Counted from the stretch's first letter, positions 9,097 through 19,066 are shown. The stretch is DNA of 39,782 nt from an uncultured Clostridia bacterium (GCA_947623475.1 CANQGV010000002.1:1-39782); one strand, 5' to 3'. Numbers and translations are program-made. Notes: generated from the letters alone by a model not told the origin.

Positions 9097-10488
9097 ATGA
9101 AAGATACTTTAATAAAAGAATTATACAGAAATTTAGAAAAATATGAAGAAAAAGAAGTTCAAATATCAGGTTGGGTAAGAACTATTAGAGATTCAAAAAA
9201 TTTTGGATTTATTGAATTAAATGATGGTACATTTTTTAAAAATCTTCAAGTAGTTTATGATGAAACTCTAAATAACTTTTCAGATATATCTAAATTAACT
9301 ATAAGTTCATCAATAATAGTAAAGGGTATAGTTGTAAAAACTGAAAATGCAAAACAACCATTTGAAGTTAAAGCAAGTGAAGTAAAAATAGTAGATGAAG
9401 CAGATAGTGATTATCCACTTCAAAAGAAAAGACATTCTTTTGAATATTTAAGAACAATTTCATATTTACGTCCAAGAACAAATACATTTAATGCAGTTTT
9501 TCGTGTTCGTAGTATATTATCATATGCAATTCATAAATTTTTCCAAGAGAGAGGATTTGTTTATGTGCATACACCAATAATAACTTCAAGTGATTGTGAA
9601 GGTGCAGGAGAAATGTTTAATGTATCAACATTAGATTTTAATGATGTTCCAAAAACAGAAGATGGACAAGTTGACTATACTAAGGATTTCTTTGGAAAAA
9701 GTTCACACCTTACTGTTAGTGGACAATTAGATGTTGAGAATTATGCATTTGCTTTTAGAAATGTATATACTTTTGGACCAACATTTAGGGCAGAAAATTC
9801 TAATACTGTAAAACATGCAGCAGAGTTTTGGATGATAGAGCCAGAAATTTGCTTTGCAAATTTAGAAGATGATATGGATTTAGCAGAAGATATGATTAAA
9901 TATATAATTTCATATGTTCTAGAAAATGCACCAGAAGAAATGGAATTCTTTAATAAATTTGTTAGTCCTGGTTTAATAGATAGATTAAAACTTGTAATAA
10001 ATTCAAAATTTGCAAGAATAACATATACAGATGCAATTAAAGAATTAGAAAAAAACAATGATGAGTTTGAATATAAAGTTTCATGGGGAATAGATATACA
10101 AACAGAACATGAACGTTATTTAAGTGAAAAAGTATTTGGAAAACCTGTATTTGTAACAGATTATCCAAAAGATATAAAAGCGTTTTATATGAAACAAAAT
10201 GACGATGGAAAAACAGTTGCAGCTACTGATTTATTAGTTCCAGGAATTGGAGAATTAATAGGAGGTAGCCAAAGAGAAGATGATATTGAAAAGCTAAGAG
10301 CTAGAATAGAAGAACTTGGATTAGAAGAAAAAGATTATTGGTGGTATTTAAACCTTCGTCGTTTTGGAAGTAGCGAACATGCTGGATTTGGATTAGGATT
10401 TGAAAGAATGATGATGTATTTAACAGGTATGCAAAATATTCGTGATGTAATACCATTCCCAAGAACACCAAAAAATTGTGAATTTTAA
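9097..10488 (+). CDS. asnS: asparagine--tRNA ligase
   Basis: A class IIb aaRS with an N-terminal OB fold ([23 protein letters not shown]). [14 protein letters not shown] and GFGLGFERM motifs are typical of AsnRS. 463 aa. Confidence 0.9.
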   Translation: MKDTLIKELYRNLEKYEEKEVQISGWVRTIRDSKNFGFIELNDGTFFKNLQVVYDETLNNFSDISKLTISSSIIVKGIVVKTENAKQPFEVKASEVKIVDEADSDYPLQKKRHSFEYLRTISYLRPRTNTFNAVFRVRSILSYAIHKFFQERGFVYVHTPIITSSDCEGAGEMFNVSTLDFNDVPKTEDGQVDYTKDFFGKSSHLTVSGQLDVENYAFAFRNVYTFGPTFRAENSNTVKHAAEFWMIEPEICFANLEDDMDLAEDMIKYIISYVLENAPEEMEFFNKFVSPGLIDRLKLVINSKFARITYTDAIKELEKNNDEFEYKVSWGIDIQTEHERYLSEKVFGKPVFVTDYPKDIKAFYMKQNDDGKTVAATDLLVPGIGELIGGSQREDDIEKLRARIEELGLEEKDYWWYLNLRRFGSSEHAGFGLGFERMMMYLTGMQNIRDVIPFPRTPKNCEF

Positions 10489-10521
10489 ATAAACAATTAA
10501 AAATAGGAGTTATAATAAAAA

Positions 10522-10845
10522 ATGTATTATACTTATATGTTAAGATGTGAAGACGGAACAATATATACAGGAATAACAACAAATTTAAAACGTAGAATGC
10601 AAGAACATTTTAATAAAAGTAAAAAATGTGCTAAATACACATTAAGACATTCAGCAAAAAAACTTGAACTTGCATGGGAAAGTGAAAATAGAGTTTTAGC
10701 TTCAAAATTAGAATATCAGATAAAAAAGCTTACTAAAAATGAAAAAGAAAATTTAATAAAAAATAAAAAAATAGAAGAAATACTTAAACAGAAGGTAGAA
10801 AGTGATAAATACAATTTATCCAAAGAGGAATATTATTCAGACTAA
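10522..10845 (+). CDS. GIY-YIG nuclease family protein (UPF0213-like)
   Basis: N-terminal YYTYMLRCEDGTIYTGITTNLKRRMQEH is the GIY-YIG signature. Confidence 0.8.
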   Translation: MYYTYMLRCEDGTIYTGITTNLKRRMQEHFNKSKKCAKYTLRHSAKKLELAWESENRVLASKLEYQIKKLTKNEKENLIKNKKIEEILKQKVESDKYNLSKEEYYSD

Positions 10846-10871
10846 AGAGTACTTATTTATAAGGTGAGTAC

Positions 10872-11433
10872 ATGAAAATATTAGAAATTCTGTTAATTAG
10901 TATTGGATTAGCCATGGATGCTTTTGCTGTTTCAATATGCAAAGGAATATCAATTAGAAAAATGGACTGGAATAAAGCTATTATAATAGGACTTTATTTT
11001 GGATCATTTCAAGCACTAATGCCTACTATTGGATATATATTAGGAATACATTTTGAAAGTCTTGTTACTAAAATAGACCATTGGGTAGCCTTTTTATTAC
11101 TAAGCTTAATAGGAATAAATATGATAAAAGAAACTTTTTGTAAGAGCGAAAATAATATAAATGCTAATTTAGATGTGAAAACAATGATACTTTTAGCTAT
11201 AGCAACAAGTATAGATGCATTAGCAATTGGAATAACCTTTGCTTTTTTGAATGTAAACATAACATCATCAGCAGCAACTATAGGAATAATAACTTTTTTT
11301 CTTTCTATTATTCGGAGCAAAAATAGGAAATAAATTTGGAAATGAATTTGAAAGAAAAGCTGAAATTTTGGGAGGTTTGATACTTATTTTAATTGGAATA
11401 AAAATATTATTTCAACACCTAAATTTAATCTAA
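10872..11433 (+). pseudogene. mntP: manganese efflux pump MntP, interrupted by a +1 frame break near 11313
   Basis: ORF 10872..11333 begins LAMDAFAVS, like MntP, and ends prematurely. The +1 frame continues GAKIGNKFGNEFERKAEILGGLILILIGIKILFQHLNLI*, ending at 11433, which is the expected MntP C-terminus. Skipping C11313 (ATT ATT C|GGA GCA) gives a 186-aa protein. An indel in the T7 run at 11294-11300 could also explain the break. Confidence 0.8.
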
Positions 11434-11450
11434 AAACCACATATTTGTTT

Positions 11451-11478
11451 TGTAATATAAATGTAATAAAACTGTAAT
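11451..11478 (+). promoter_or_regulatory. three phased direct repeats TGTAAT-N5-TGTAAT-N5-TGTAAT (WalR/YycF-type consensus)
   Basis: TGTAAT occurs at 11451, 11462 and 11473, an exact 11-bp periodicity. A near-identical 24-nt string recurs at 26055-26079. Confidence 0.4.
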
Positions 11479-11520
11479 AAAAGAAAAAACCTTACAGGAG
11501 TAAGAGAAAAAAAAGGTGAC

Positions 11521-11560
11521 AAATAATCTGTTGCAATTGCAACAGATTATTTGCTTTTTT
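11521..11560. terminator. 32-bp perfect palindrome with a T-run (bidirectional terminator and/or operator)
   Basis: AAATAATCTGTTGCAA|TTGCAACAGATTATTT (11521-11552) is preceded by A8 and followed by GCTTTTTT. It overlaps a candidate nrdD promoter: TTGCAA (11537-11542), 17 nt, TATAGT (11560-11565). Confidence 0.55.
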
Positions 11561-11603
11561 ATAGTAAAATCTTCTTATAACTAAAGAGAGGAGAAATAGT
11601 CAA

Positions 11604-13787
11604 ATGAAAATAATAAAAAGGGACGGGAACACTGTAGATTATAACCCAGAAAAAATAAGAATAGCAATTAGAAAAGCTAATAACGAGGTATCTAGAAAGG
11701 AAAAAGTTTCTCAAGAACAAATCAAAGAAATTGTAAAATATATTGAGAGTTTAGATAAACCAAGAATATTAGTAGAAGACATTCAAGATATTATAGAAGA
11801 AAAACTAATGGAATTGGGAAAATATAAATTAGCTAGAAAATATATTACATATCGTTATACAAGATCTTTAATAAGAGAGGCAAATACAACAGACCAATCT
11901 ATTAAAGAGCTTATAGAAGGAGAAAATGAATATTGGAATAATGAAAACTCTAATAAAAATGCAAAAGTAGTAACAACACAAAGAGATTATTTAGCAGGAA
12001 TAACAAGCACAGATATAACAAGAAGATTTTTATTACCAAAAGACGTAGTAAAAGCACATGATGATGGAATTATTCATTTCCACGATGCAGACTATTTCGC
12101 TCAAAATGCTTTACACAACTGTGAATTAGTTAATTTAGAAGATATGTTACAAAATGGAACAGTTATAAATGGTGTAATGATAGAAAAGCCACATAGATTT
12201 ATAACAGCTTCAACTATTGCAACACAAATAATACTTGCAGTAACTTCATCAAGCTATGGTGGTGCAACAATATCTCTTTCTCATTTAGCACCTTTCGTAA
12301 AATATAGTTATGAAAAATATTATGATAAATATAAATCTAGAGGAGAATCAGACAAAGACGCTAAAAAACATGCTAAACAAGATGTAAAAATAGAAGTAAG
12401 AGATGGAGTACAAACATTTAATTATCAAGTAAATAGTATGACAAATACTAATGGTCAAGCACCATTCTTAAGTGTTTGCATGTATTTAGGAGAAACAAAA
12501 GAATATAAAGAAGAATTAGCAATGATAATAGAAGAATTCTTAAAACAAAGAATAGAAGGATTTAAAAATGAGAAAGGTGTTTATATAACACCAGCATTCC
12601 CTAAACTACTTTACATACTAGAAGAAGATAATATACATGAAGACAGCAAATATTGGTATCTAACAGAACTTGCAGCAAAATGTACAGCTAAAAGAATGGT
12701 TCCAGATTATATATCTGAGAAGAAAATGTTAGAACTTAAAAAAGATAAATATGGTAACGGAAATTGTTATCCTTGTATGGGATGTCGTTCATTCTTAACA
12801 CCATGGACAACAGAAGGAAATCCATCAAAAGCTAAAAATTATAAAGAAGGTGAGCCTAAATATTATGGAAGGTTTAACCAAGGAGTTGTAACAATTAACT
12901 TAGTTGATGTAGCTTTATCATCAGGAAAAGATAAAGATTTATTCTGGAAAATTATGGAGGAAAGACTTGAACTATGCCATAAAGCTCTAAAATTAAGACA
13001 TGAAAGATTAGCAAAAGCAACAAGTAATGTAGCACCAATATTATGGCAACACGGAGCACTTGCAAGATTAGATAAAGATGAAAGTATACACAAATTATTA
13101 CATGATGGTTATTCAACATTATCATTAGGTTATGCAGGATTATATGAATGTGTAAAATATATGACAGGACATAGTCATACAGATAAAAGAGTTGGAAAGA
13201 AATTTGGAATTGAAGTAATGCAAAAACTTAATGATAAATGTAAAGAATGGAAAGCAGAAGAAAATATAGATTATAGTGTTTATGGAACTCCAATAGAATC
13301 TACAACATATAAATTTGCTAAAAAGCTAAAGAAGAGATTTGGAGAAATAAAAGGAATTACAGACAGAGATTATATAACAAATTCATATCATGTACCTGTA
13401 TTTGAAGAAATAGACGCTTTTGAAAAATTAAGATTAGAAAGTGAATTCCAACAATTAAGTCCAGGTGGAGCTATTTCATATATAGAAACACCAGACTTAC
13501 AAAACAATATAGAATCAGTTATACAAATAATTAAATTCATATATGATAATATTATGTATGCAGAATTAAATACAAAATCAGATTATTGTCAAAAATGTGG
13601 ATTTGATGGAGAAATTTTAATAGATGATGAAATGGAATGGTATTGTCCAAATTGTGGAAACAGAGATCATGACACATTAAATGTAGCAAGAAGAACATGT
13701 GGATACATTGGAAGTAACTTCTGGAACAAAGGAAGAACACAAGAAATAAAAGAAAGAGTATTGCATTTAGATAATAAAGATGCTTAA
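11604..13787 (+). CDS. nrdD: anaerobic ribonucleoside-triphosphate reductase (class III)
   Basis: N-terminal ATP-cone (IIKRDGNTVDYNPEKI), a C-terminal Zn-finger (CQKCG...CPNCG) and the glycyl-radical motif RRTCGYIG. Confidence 0.95.
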   Translation: MKIIKRDGNTVDYNPEKIRIAIRKANNEVSRKEKVSQEQIKEIVKYIESLDKPRILVEDIQDIIEEKLMELGKYKLARKYITYRYTRSLIREANTTDQSIKELIEGENEYWNNENSNKNAKVVTTQRDYLAGITSTDITRRFLLPKDVVKAHDDGIIHFHDADYFAQNALHNCELVNLEDMLQNGTVINGVMIEKPHRFITASTIATQIILAVTSSSYGGATISLSHLAPFVKYSYEKYYDKYKSRGESDKDAKKHAKQDVKIEVRDGVQTFNYQVNSMTNTNGQAPFLSVCMYLGETKEYKEELAMIIEEFLKQRIEGFKNEKGVYITPAFPKLLYILEEDNIHEDSKYWYLTELAAKCTAKRMVPDYISEKKMLELKKDKYGNGNCYPCMGCRSFLTPWTTEGNPSKAKNYKEGEPKYYGRFNQGVVTINLVDVALSSGKDKDLFWKIMEERLELCHKALKLRHERLAKATSNVAPILWQHGALARLDKDESIHKLLHDGYSTLSLGYAGLYECVKYMTGHSHTDKRVGKKFGIEVMQKLNDKCKEWKAEENIDYSVYGTPIESTTYKFAKKLKKRFGEIKGITDRDYITNSYHVPVFEEIDAFEKLRLESEFQQLSPGGAISYIETPDLQNNIESVIQIIKFIYDNIMYAELNTKSDYCQKCGFDGEILIDDEMEWYCPNCGNRDHDTLNVARRTCGYIGSNFWNKGRTQEIKERVLHLDNKDA

Positions 13788-13809
13788 AAAGCAAGGAGTT
13801 GATTACCAA

Positions 13810-14304
13810 ATGAGATATAACAAAATAAGAAAGATGGACATAGCAAATGGCCCAGGAGTAAGAGTATCAATTTTTGAACAAGGATGTAGTTTTAATTGTG
13901 AAAAATGCTTTAATCCGGAAACACATGATTTTAATGGAGGAGAAGAATTTAATCAAGACACTATCAATAAAGTATTAAATTTATGTGATGATGAAAATAT
14001 AAAGGGGTTATCAATATTAGGAGGAGAGCCATTACATCCTAAAAACATAGAAGGAACAACAGAACTTGCAAAAGCTTTTAGAGAAAAATTTCCAAACAAA
14101 GATGTATGGGTATGGTCAGGATTTAAATATGATAAAGAATTAAAAGATAAAGAAATATTAAAATATATTGATGTCTTAGTAGATGGACAATATGTAGATG
14201 CACTAAGAAATCCTAAACTAAAATGGAAGGGATCAGAAAACCAAAGAGTAATAGATGTTCAAGAAAGTTTGAAAAGTAACGAGATAAAAATTTACAAAAG
14301 TTGA
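13810..14304 (+). CDS. nrdG: anaerobic ribonucleotide reductase activating protein (radical SAM)
   Basis: MRYNKIRKMDIANGPGVRVSIFEQGCSFNCEKCFN matches the NrdG N-terminus and Cys cluster. I preferred the ATG at 13810 (AAGGAG at 13791-13796) over the listed ORF start at 13780, which overlaps the nrdD stop. Confidence 0.85.
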   Translation: MRYNKIRKMDIANGPGVRVSIFEQGCSFNCEKCFNPETHDFNGGEEFNQDTINKVLNLCDDENIKGLSILGGEPLHPKNIEGTTELAKAFREKFPNKDVWVWSGFKYDKELKDKEILKYIDVLVDGQYVDALRNPKLKWKGSENQRVIDVQESLKSNEIKIYKS

Positions 14305-14329
14305 CAAAAAAACAATATTTTAGTATAAT
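14301..14329 (+). promoter_or_regulatory. consensus sigma-A promoter for ispE-ispD
   Basis: Perfect TTGACA (14301-14306), a 17-nt spacer, then TATAAT (14324-14329). It overlaps the nrdG stop codon. Confidence 0.65.
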
Positions 14330-14392
14330 ATTCATTGCTTACAATAATGCAGGGTGCAAAGTATGCGCTCTGCAATTTTTATAGGAGAAGCT

Positions 14393-15265
14393 ATGAAAAC
14401 AATATATACTAAAGCAAGAGCTAAAATAAACTTAAATTTATTAGTACTTGATAAAAAGGAAAACGGTTATCATAACATTAAATCCGTGTTTCAAAAAATC
14501 AATTTATATGATGAAATTTATATCACAAAAACTAATACTGATGATATAAAAATAAAAACAAATATTAGCAATTTAGATGAAAAAGAAAACATTATCTATA
14601 AAGCATATTTGATTTTAAAGCAAAAGTATAAAAAAATTAAAGGAGTTCAAGTATTATTAAATAAAAAAATACCAATGCAATCAGGAATGGCTGGAGGAAG
14701 CACAGATTGTGCTAGTTTTATCGTATGTATGAATAAATTATTTGACTTAAAAATGTCAAAAGATGAAATGAAAAGTATTGGAAAGAGTTTAGGTGCAGAT
14801 GTTGTATCATGTTTTTACAATAAAGCACTAAAAGCAGAAGGAATAGGAGATATAATAACAACAGTAGATAATAATTCTAAATATTATATTTTAATAATAA
14901 AACCAAATGTAAATGGAAATACAAAAGAAATGTTTAAATTATTAGATAATAAAAGAAATATAAAACAAATAGATAAAACAAATGAAATAATAAAGGCAAT
15001 AAAGGAAAACAATGTAGATAAATTAAAAAATAAAGTATATAATGTATTTGAAAATGTATTTAAAGAAAAAGAAGTTATAGAAAAAATAAAAAAAGAATTA
15101 AAGCAAAATGGAGCAATAGAAAGTTTAATGACAGGCTCAGGATCAGCTGTTTATGGAATATTCAAAGATAAAAATACAGCTAAAAAAGCTTATAATAATT
15201 TAATGAAGAAATATCAAACATATATATGTACATCATATAACTCAAAAAAGGAGGAGATATTTTGA
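14393..15265 (+). CDS. ispE: 4-diphosphocytidyl-2-C-methyl-D-erythritol kinase
   Basis: AKINLNLLVLDKKENGYHNIKSVFQKINLYDEI and the GHMP-kinase motif PMQSGMAGGSTDCA. The ATG at 14393 follows AGGAGA. The listed GTG at 14354 lacks an RBS. Confidence 0.9.
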   Translation: MKTIYTKARAKINLNLLVLDKKENGYHNIKSVFQKINLYDEIYITKTNTDDIKIKTNISNLDEKENIIYKAYLILKQKYKKIKGVQVLLNKKIPMQSGMAGGSTDCASFIVCMNKLFDLKMSKDEMKSIGKSLGADVVSCFYNKALKAEGIGDIITTVDNNSKYYILIIKPNVNGNTKEMFKLLDNKRNIKQIDKTNEIIKAIKENNVDKLKNKVYNVFENVFKEKEVIEKIKKELKQNGAIESLMTGSGSAVYGIFKDKNTAKKAYNNLMKKYQTYICTSYNSKKEEIF

Positions 15266-15972
15266 TAAAGGATAAAAAGGTTACGGCAGTAATCTTAGCA
15301 GCAGGAAATAGTGTTAGATTTGGACAAAAAAGAAATAAAAATTTTGAAAAAGTAGACGAAGAAGATACTGTTTTATCATACAGCTTAAATACGTTTGATA
15401 AAAATAAATATGTTGATAATATAATAATAGCAACAAAAGAAGCTGAGATGAATAACGTTAAATCTATAATAAAGAAAGAAAAACCAAAAAAAGATACAAA
15501 GATTATATTTGGAGGAAAAGAAAGAAAAGACTCTGTATATAATTGTATAAAAGTCACAGATTCAGATATTGTTATTATACATGACGGTGCAAGACCTGCA
15601 ATAAAACAAGAATATATTGATAAATGTATAGAGAGTATGGACAAATATAAAGGTGTTACAATGGGAGTTAAATCAACTGATACAATAAAAATAGCAAATG
15701 ATGATAATATAGTAATTAACTCAACCAAAAGATGTAATACATGGGCTATACAAACACCACAATGCTTTGATAGAAAAGTATTATTAAAGATGCATGAAAA
15801 ATATAATGATGACAAAAATATAACAGATGATTGTATGTTATTAGAAAAAGAAAACTATGATGTAAAAGTTATAGAAGGGGATTACTCAAATATAAAGATT
15901 ACTACATATGAAGATTTGGGTCATATAAAAAGAATAATAAAAAAATATATAAAAGGTCTTATAAAAAGATAA
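15262..15972 (+). CDS. ispD: 2-C-methyl-D-erythritol 4-phosphate cytidylyltransferase
   Basis: AVILAAGNSVRFG and IHDGARP motifs. TTG start after an AGGAGG RBS, overlapping the ispE stop by 4 nt. Confidence 0.9.
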   Translation: MIKDKKVTAVILAAGNSVRFGQKRNKNFEKVDEEDTVLSYSLNTFDKNKYVDNIIIATKEAEMNNVKSIIKKEKPKKDTKIIFGGKERKDSVYNCIKVTDSDIVIIHDGARPAIKQEYIDKCIESMDKYKGVTMGVKSTDTIKIANDDNIVINSTKRCNTWAIQTPQCFDRKVLLKMHEKYNDDKNITDDCMLLEKENYDVKVIEGDYSNIKITTYEDLGHIKRIIKKYIKGLIKR

Positions 15973-15981
15973 AGGAGAAAA

Positions 15982-16677
15982 ATGTTAAATCAATTTTCAA
16001 GAACAGAGTTAATAATTGGAAAAGAAAAATTAAATAAATTACAAGAGTCAAAAGTAGCCATATTCGGAATTGGAGGAGTTGGCTCTTTTGTTGTTGAAGG
16101 ACTAGTAAGAGCAGGAATAGGAAATTTTATACTTGTTGATAGTGACAAAGTAGATATAACAAATTTGAATAGACAAATTATAGCCACAACAAAAACAATT
16201 GGAAAAAATAAAGTAGAAGTAGCGAAAGAAAGAATACTAGAAATAAATCCAAATGCTAATGTTAAAATATATAAAGAATTCTTTATGCCAAATAGTAAAG
16301 GAATATTAGATGAACAAATAGATTATATTGTAGATGCAATAGACACAGTTACAGCAAAAATAGAACTAGTTATAAGAGCTAACAAATTAAATATTCCTAT
16401 AATCTCATCTATGGGAACAGGAAATAAATTAGATCCTACAAAGTTTGAAGTAACAGATATATATAGTACTAGTGTATGTCCATTAGCAAAAGTAATGAGA
16501 AAAGAATTACGTTCAAGAGGAATAAAAAAATTAAAAGTTGTATATTCAAAAGAAGAACAAATTAAATTACATACAAAAGAAAGTAATGTGCCAGGAAGTA
16601 TTTCATTCGTACCATCAGTTGCAGGACTTATTATAGCAGGAGAAGTTATAAAAGATATTATAAAAAAGGAGGAATAA
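15982..16677 (+). CDS. tcdA: tRNA threonylcarbamoyladenosine dehydratase (ThiF/E1-like)
   Basis: IFGIGGVGSFVVEGLVRAGIGNFILVDSDKVDITNLNRQ is a Rossmann/E1-like motif. The ~230-aa size matches TcdA/CsdL. Confidence 0.8.
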   Translation: MLNQFSRTELIIGKEKLNKLQESKVAIFGIGGVGSFVVEGLVRAGIGNFILVDSDKVDITNLNRQIIATTKTIGKNKVEVAKERILEINPNANVKIYKEFFMPNSKGILDEQIDYIVDAIDTVTAKIELVIRANKLNIPIISSMGTGNKLDPTKFEVTDIYSTSVCPLAKVMRKELRSRGIKKLKVVYSKEEQIKLHTKESNVPGSISFVPSVAGLIIAGEVIKDIIKKEE

Positions 16678-16678
16678 T

Positions 16679-17149
16679 ATGGATATAACTATTGATGTAG
16701 GAAAAGAGTACATATTAAATGTAAGAGCAGGTGGAATAATAATTCATAAAAACAAAGTATTAACACACAAAGATGTAAAATATGATCATTGCTGTATACC
16801 AGGAGGAAGGATTGGAATAGGAGAAAATTCAAAAGAAACAATAAAAAGAGAAATTCAAGAAGAACTGGGAAAAGAAATAGAAGTTGAAAAATATTTAACA
16901 ACAATAGAAAACTTTTTTGAAATGAATGGTAAAAAATACCATGAGATTATGTTTGTATATAAAATTGAATTTAAAAATGATGAAGACAAAAAAATAGTAG
17001 AAGATTTAAAAAATCAAGAAGGAAAAGAATATTTAAAATATGAATGGAAAGACATAAATAAATTAGATGAATGTAATCTTCAGCCTAAATGTTTTAGAAA
17101 ATTATTAAAAAATAAAGAATGGACAAGAAATGTAATAAATATAGACTAA
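16679..17149 (+). CDS. NUDIX hydrolase
   Basis: Nudix box GGRIGIGENSKETIKREIQEELG. Confidence 0.85.
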   Translation: MDITIDVGKEYILNVRAGGIIIHKNKVLTHKDVKYDHCCIPGGRIGIGENSKETIKREIQEELGKEIEVEKYLTTIENFFEMNGKKYHEIMFVYKIEFKNDEDKKIVEDLKNQEGKEYLKYEWKDINKLDECNLQPKCFRKLLKNKEWTRNVINID

Positions 17150-17202
17150 GAATACTAAAAAAGCTTTTGGTTAAAATATTCTATAATAAGGAGGAAAATA
17201 GA

Positions 17203-18201
17203 ATGTTTAAACCAAAAGCTATTTATTTTGAAAAAGAAATAATAAAATATCCACTAGGAAAAGAACTTATGGATAAATATGAAGATATACCTAAAATAGA
17301 AATTGAAAATCATAACAATATAGAAGAAATGAGAAAAAATTCCAACAAAGAATTTTCTAATATGAAAAGAAACCTTATTATAGGTGTTAGAAAAACACAT
17401 AAGTTTGTTGAAAACCATAAAATATCAAATTATCTAGTACCATATACTTCATCAGGATGTATTGCTGCATGTATGTATTGTTATCTTGTTTGCAATTATA
17501 ATAAGTGTGCATATTTAAGATTATTTGTTAATAGAGAAAAAATGTTAGAGAAAATAATAAAGACTGCTGAAAAGGAAGAAAAGGAATTAACTTTTGAAAT
17601 AGGAAGTAATAGTGATTTAATTTTAGAAAACACTATTACAAATAATTTAGTATGGACAATAGAAAATTTTAAAAATTCTAAAAAAGGAAAATTAACTTTT
17701 CCAACTAAATTTGATATGGTAAGTCCAATATTACCATTAGACCATCAAGGAAAAATAATTGTTAGAATGAGTGTTAATCCAGAAGAAATTATAAATAGAG
17801 TGGAATTTGGAACATCAAGGTTATCTAATCGAATAGAAGCTATAAATGAATTAAAAGAAGCTGGTTATGAAGTAGGAATTTTAATAGCTCCAATAATTTT
17901 AGTGGATAATTGGAAAAAATTATATGGAGATTTAATTCAAATACTAGAAAAAGAATTAACAGAAAAAGTAAAAAAAGATGTATTTTTTGAGTTTATTTTT
18001 ATGACTTATAGTTATATTCATACAAAAATAAACGAAGAAGCTTTTCCTAATGCAATAAATTTATATAATAAAGAAATGATGACAGTAAGAGGAAGGGGAA
18101 AATATTGTTACAAAAAAGAAATAAAAGATGAAGCAGAACAATTTATACGTGAGGAAATGCATAAGTATTTTCCGAAAAATAGAATTGTATATGTAGTATA
18201 A
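17203..18201 (+). CDS. splB: spore photoproduct lyase (radical SAM)
   Basis: N-terminal MFKPKAIYFEKE, a CX3CX2C cluster (CIAACMYC) and ~332 aa. The ATG at 17203 follows AGGAGG. The listed start at 17119 overlaps the NUDIX gene and has no RBS. Confidence 0.8.
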   Translation: MFKPKAIYFEKEIIKYPLGKELMDKYEDIPKIEIENHNNIEEMRKNSNKEFSNMKRNLIIGVRKTHKFVENHKISNYLVPYTSSGCIAACMYCYLVCNYNKCAYLRLFVNREKMLEKIIKTAEKEEKELTFEIGSNSDLILENTITNNLVWTIENFKNSKKGKLTFPTKFDMVSPILPLDHQGKIIVRMSVNPEEIINRVEFGTSRLSNRIEAINELKEAGYEVGILIAPIILVDNWKKLYGDLIQILEKELTEKVKKDVFFEFIFMTYSYIHTKINEEAFPNAINLYNKEMMTVRGRGKYCYKKEIKDEAEQFIREEMHKYFPKNRIVYVV

Positions 18202-18301
18202 ATATAAATGAATTAAAAAAAACAGCGTCAAACCCTACACAAAATAAAAAAAGTATGCTAGAATATTATAGGAATATAGTTTATAAAAGGAGGAGTTTAA
18301 C

Positions 18302-19024
18302 ATGTCAGGACATTCAAAATGGCATAATATTCAAGCAAGAAAGGGAAAAGTAGATGCAGCAAGAGGAAAAATATTCACAAAATTAGGAAGAGAATTATTA
18401 ATAGCTGTAAAAGAAGGTGGACCAGATCCAGCAGGAAACTCAAAATTAAAAAGTGTAATAGCAAAATGTAAAGCAGCAAATATGCCAAATGATACTATAA
18501 ATAATGCTATAAAAAAGGCATCAACAAGTAATGAAAATTATGAAGAAATAGTATATGAAGGTTATGGACCAAATGGAGTAGCAATAATAGTAGAAGCATC
18601 TACAGATAATAAAAATAGAACAGCAGCAGATGTAAGACATGTGTTTAGTAAAGCAGGAGGAAATTTAGGAACAACAGGTTGTGTATCATATATGTTTAAT
18701 AAAAAAGGAATAATAGTAATAGAAAAAGAAAAAACAGATATGGATGAAGATGAACTAATGATGTTAGCATTAGAAGCAGGAGCAGAAGATTTTAGTTCAG
18801 AAGAACAAATATATGAAATAGTAACAGAACCTTCAGATTTTAATTCAGTTGTAGAAAAATTGGAAGAAAGTGAATTAGAATTTGCAGAAGCAGAAGTTCA
18901 AATGGTACCTACTACAACAGTAAAACTAGATGAAAAAACTTCTGAGAAAATGGAAAGACTAATAGATAATTTAGAAGAATTAGATGATGTGGCTAATGTT
19001 TATCATAACTGGGAACAAGAATAG
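18302..19024 (+). CDS. yebC: YebC/PmpR family DNA-binding transcriptional regulator
   Basis: Canonical N-terminus [11 protein letters not shown], and 240 aa. Confidence 0.9.
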   Translation: MSGHSKWHNIQARKGKVDAARGKIFTKLGRELLIAVKEGGPDPAGNSKLKSVIAKCKAANMPNDTINNAIKKASTSNENYEEIVYEGYGPNGVAIIVEASTDNKNRTAADVRHVFSKAGGNLGTTGCVSYMFNKKGIIVIEKEKTDMDEDELMMLALEAGAEDFSSEEQIYEIVTEPSDFNSVVEKLEESELEFAEAEVQMVPTTTVKLDEKTSEKMERLIDNLEELDDVANVYHNWEQE

Positions 19025-19066
19025 ATAAAATTATATAAATATTTATATAAATGAGGAGAAATAAAA

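Noticed and set aside
10846-10871. yybP-ykoY manganese riboswitch upstream of mntP
   Set aside because: The gap is only 26 nt and has no conserved riboswitch helices.
11437-11455. NrdR boxes upstream of nrdD (CCACATATTTGTTTTG)
   Set aside because: It matches only the ACA...TGT ends of the 16-bp consensus acaCwAtATaTwGtgt. The central spacing is wrong, and there is no second box at the usual ~31-bp distance.
13780-13809. Upstream-extended ORF starts in the track (13780 for nrdG, 14354 for ispE, 17119 for splB, 26155 for the M60 protease, 20934 for spoIIIAA)
   Set aside because: The extensions lack RBSs, overlap the preceding gene or its terminator, and add residues absent from the family N-termini. 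In each case an internal ATG follows a good Shine-Dalgarno sequence.
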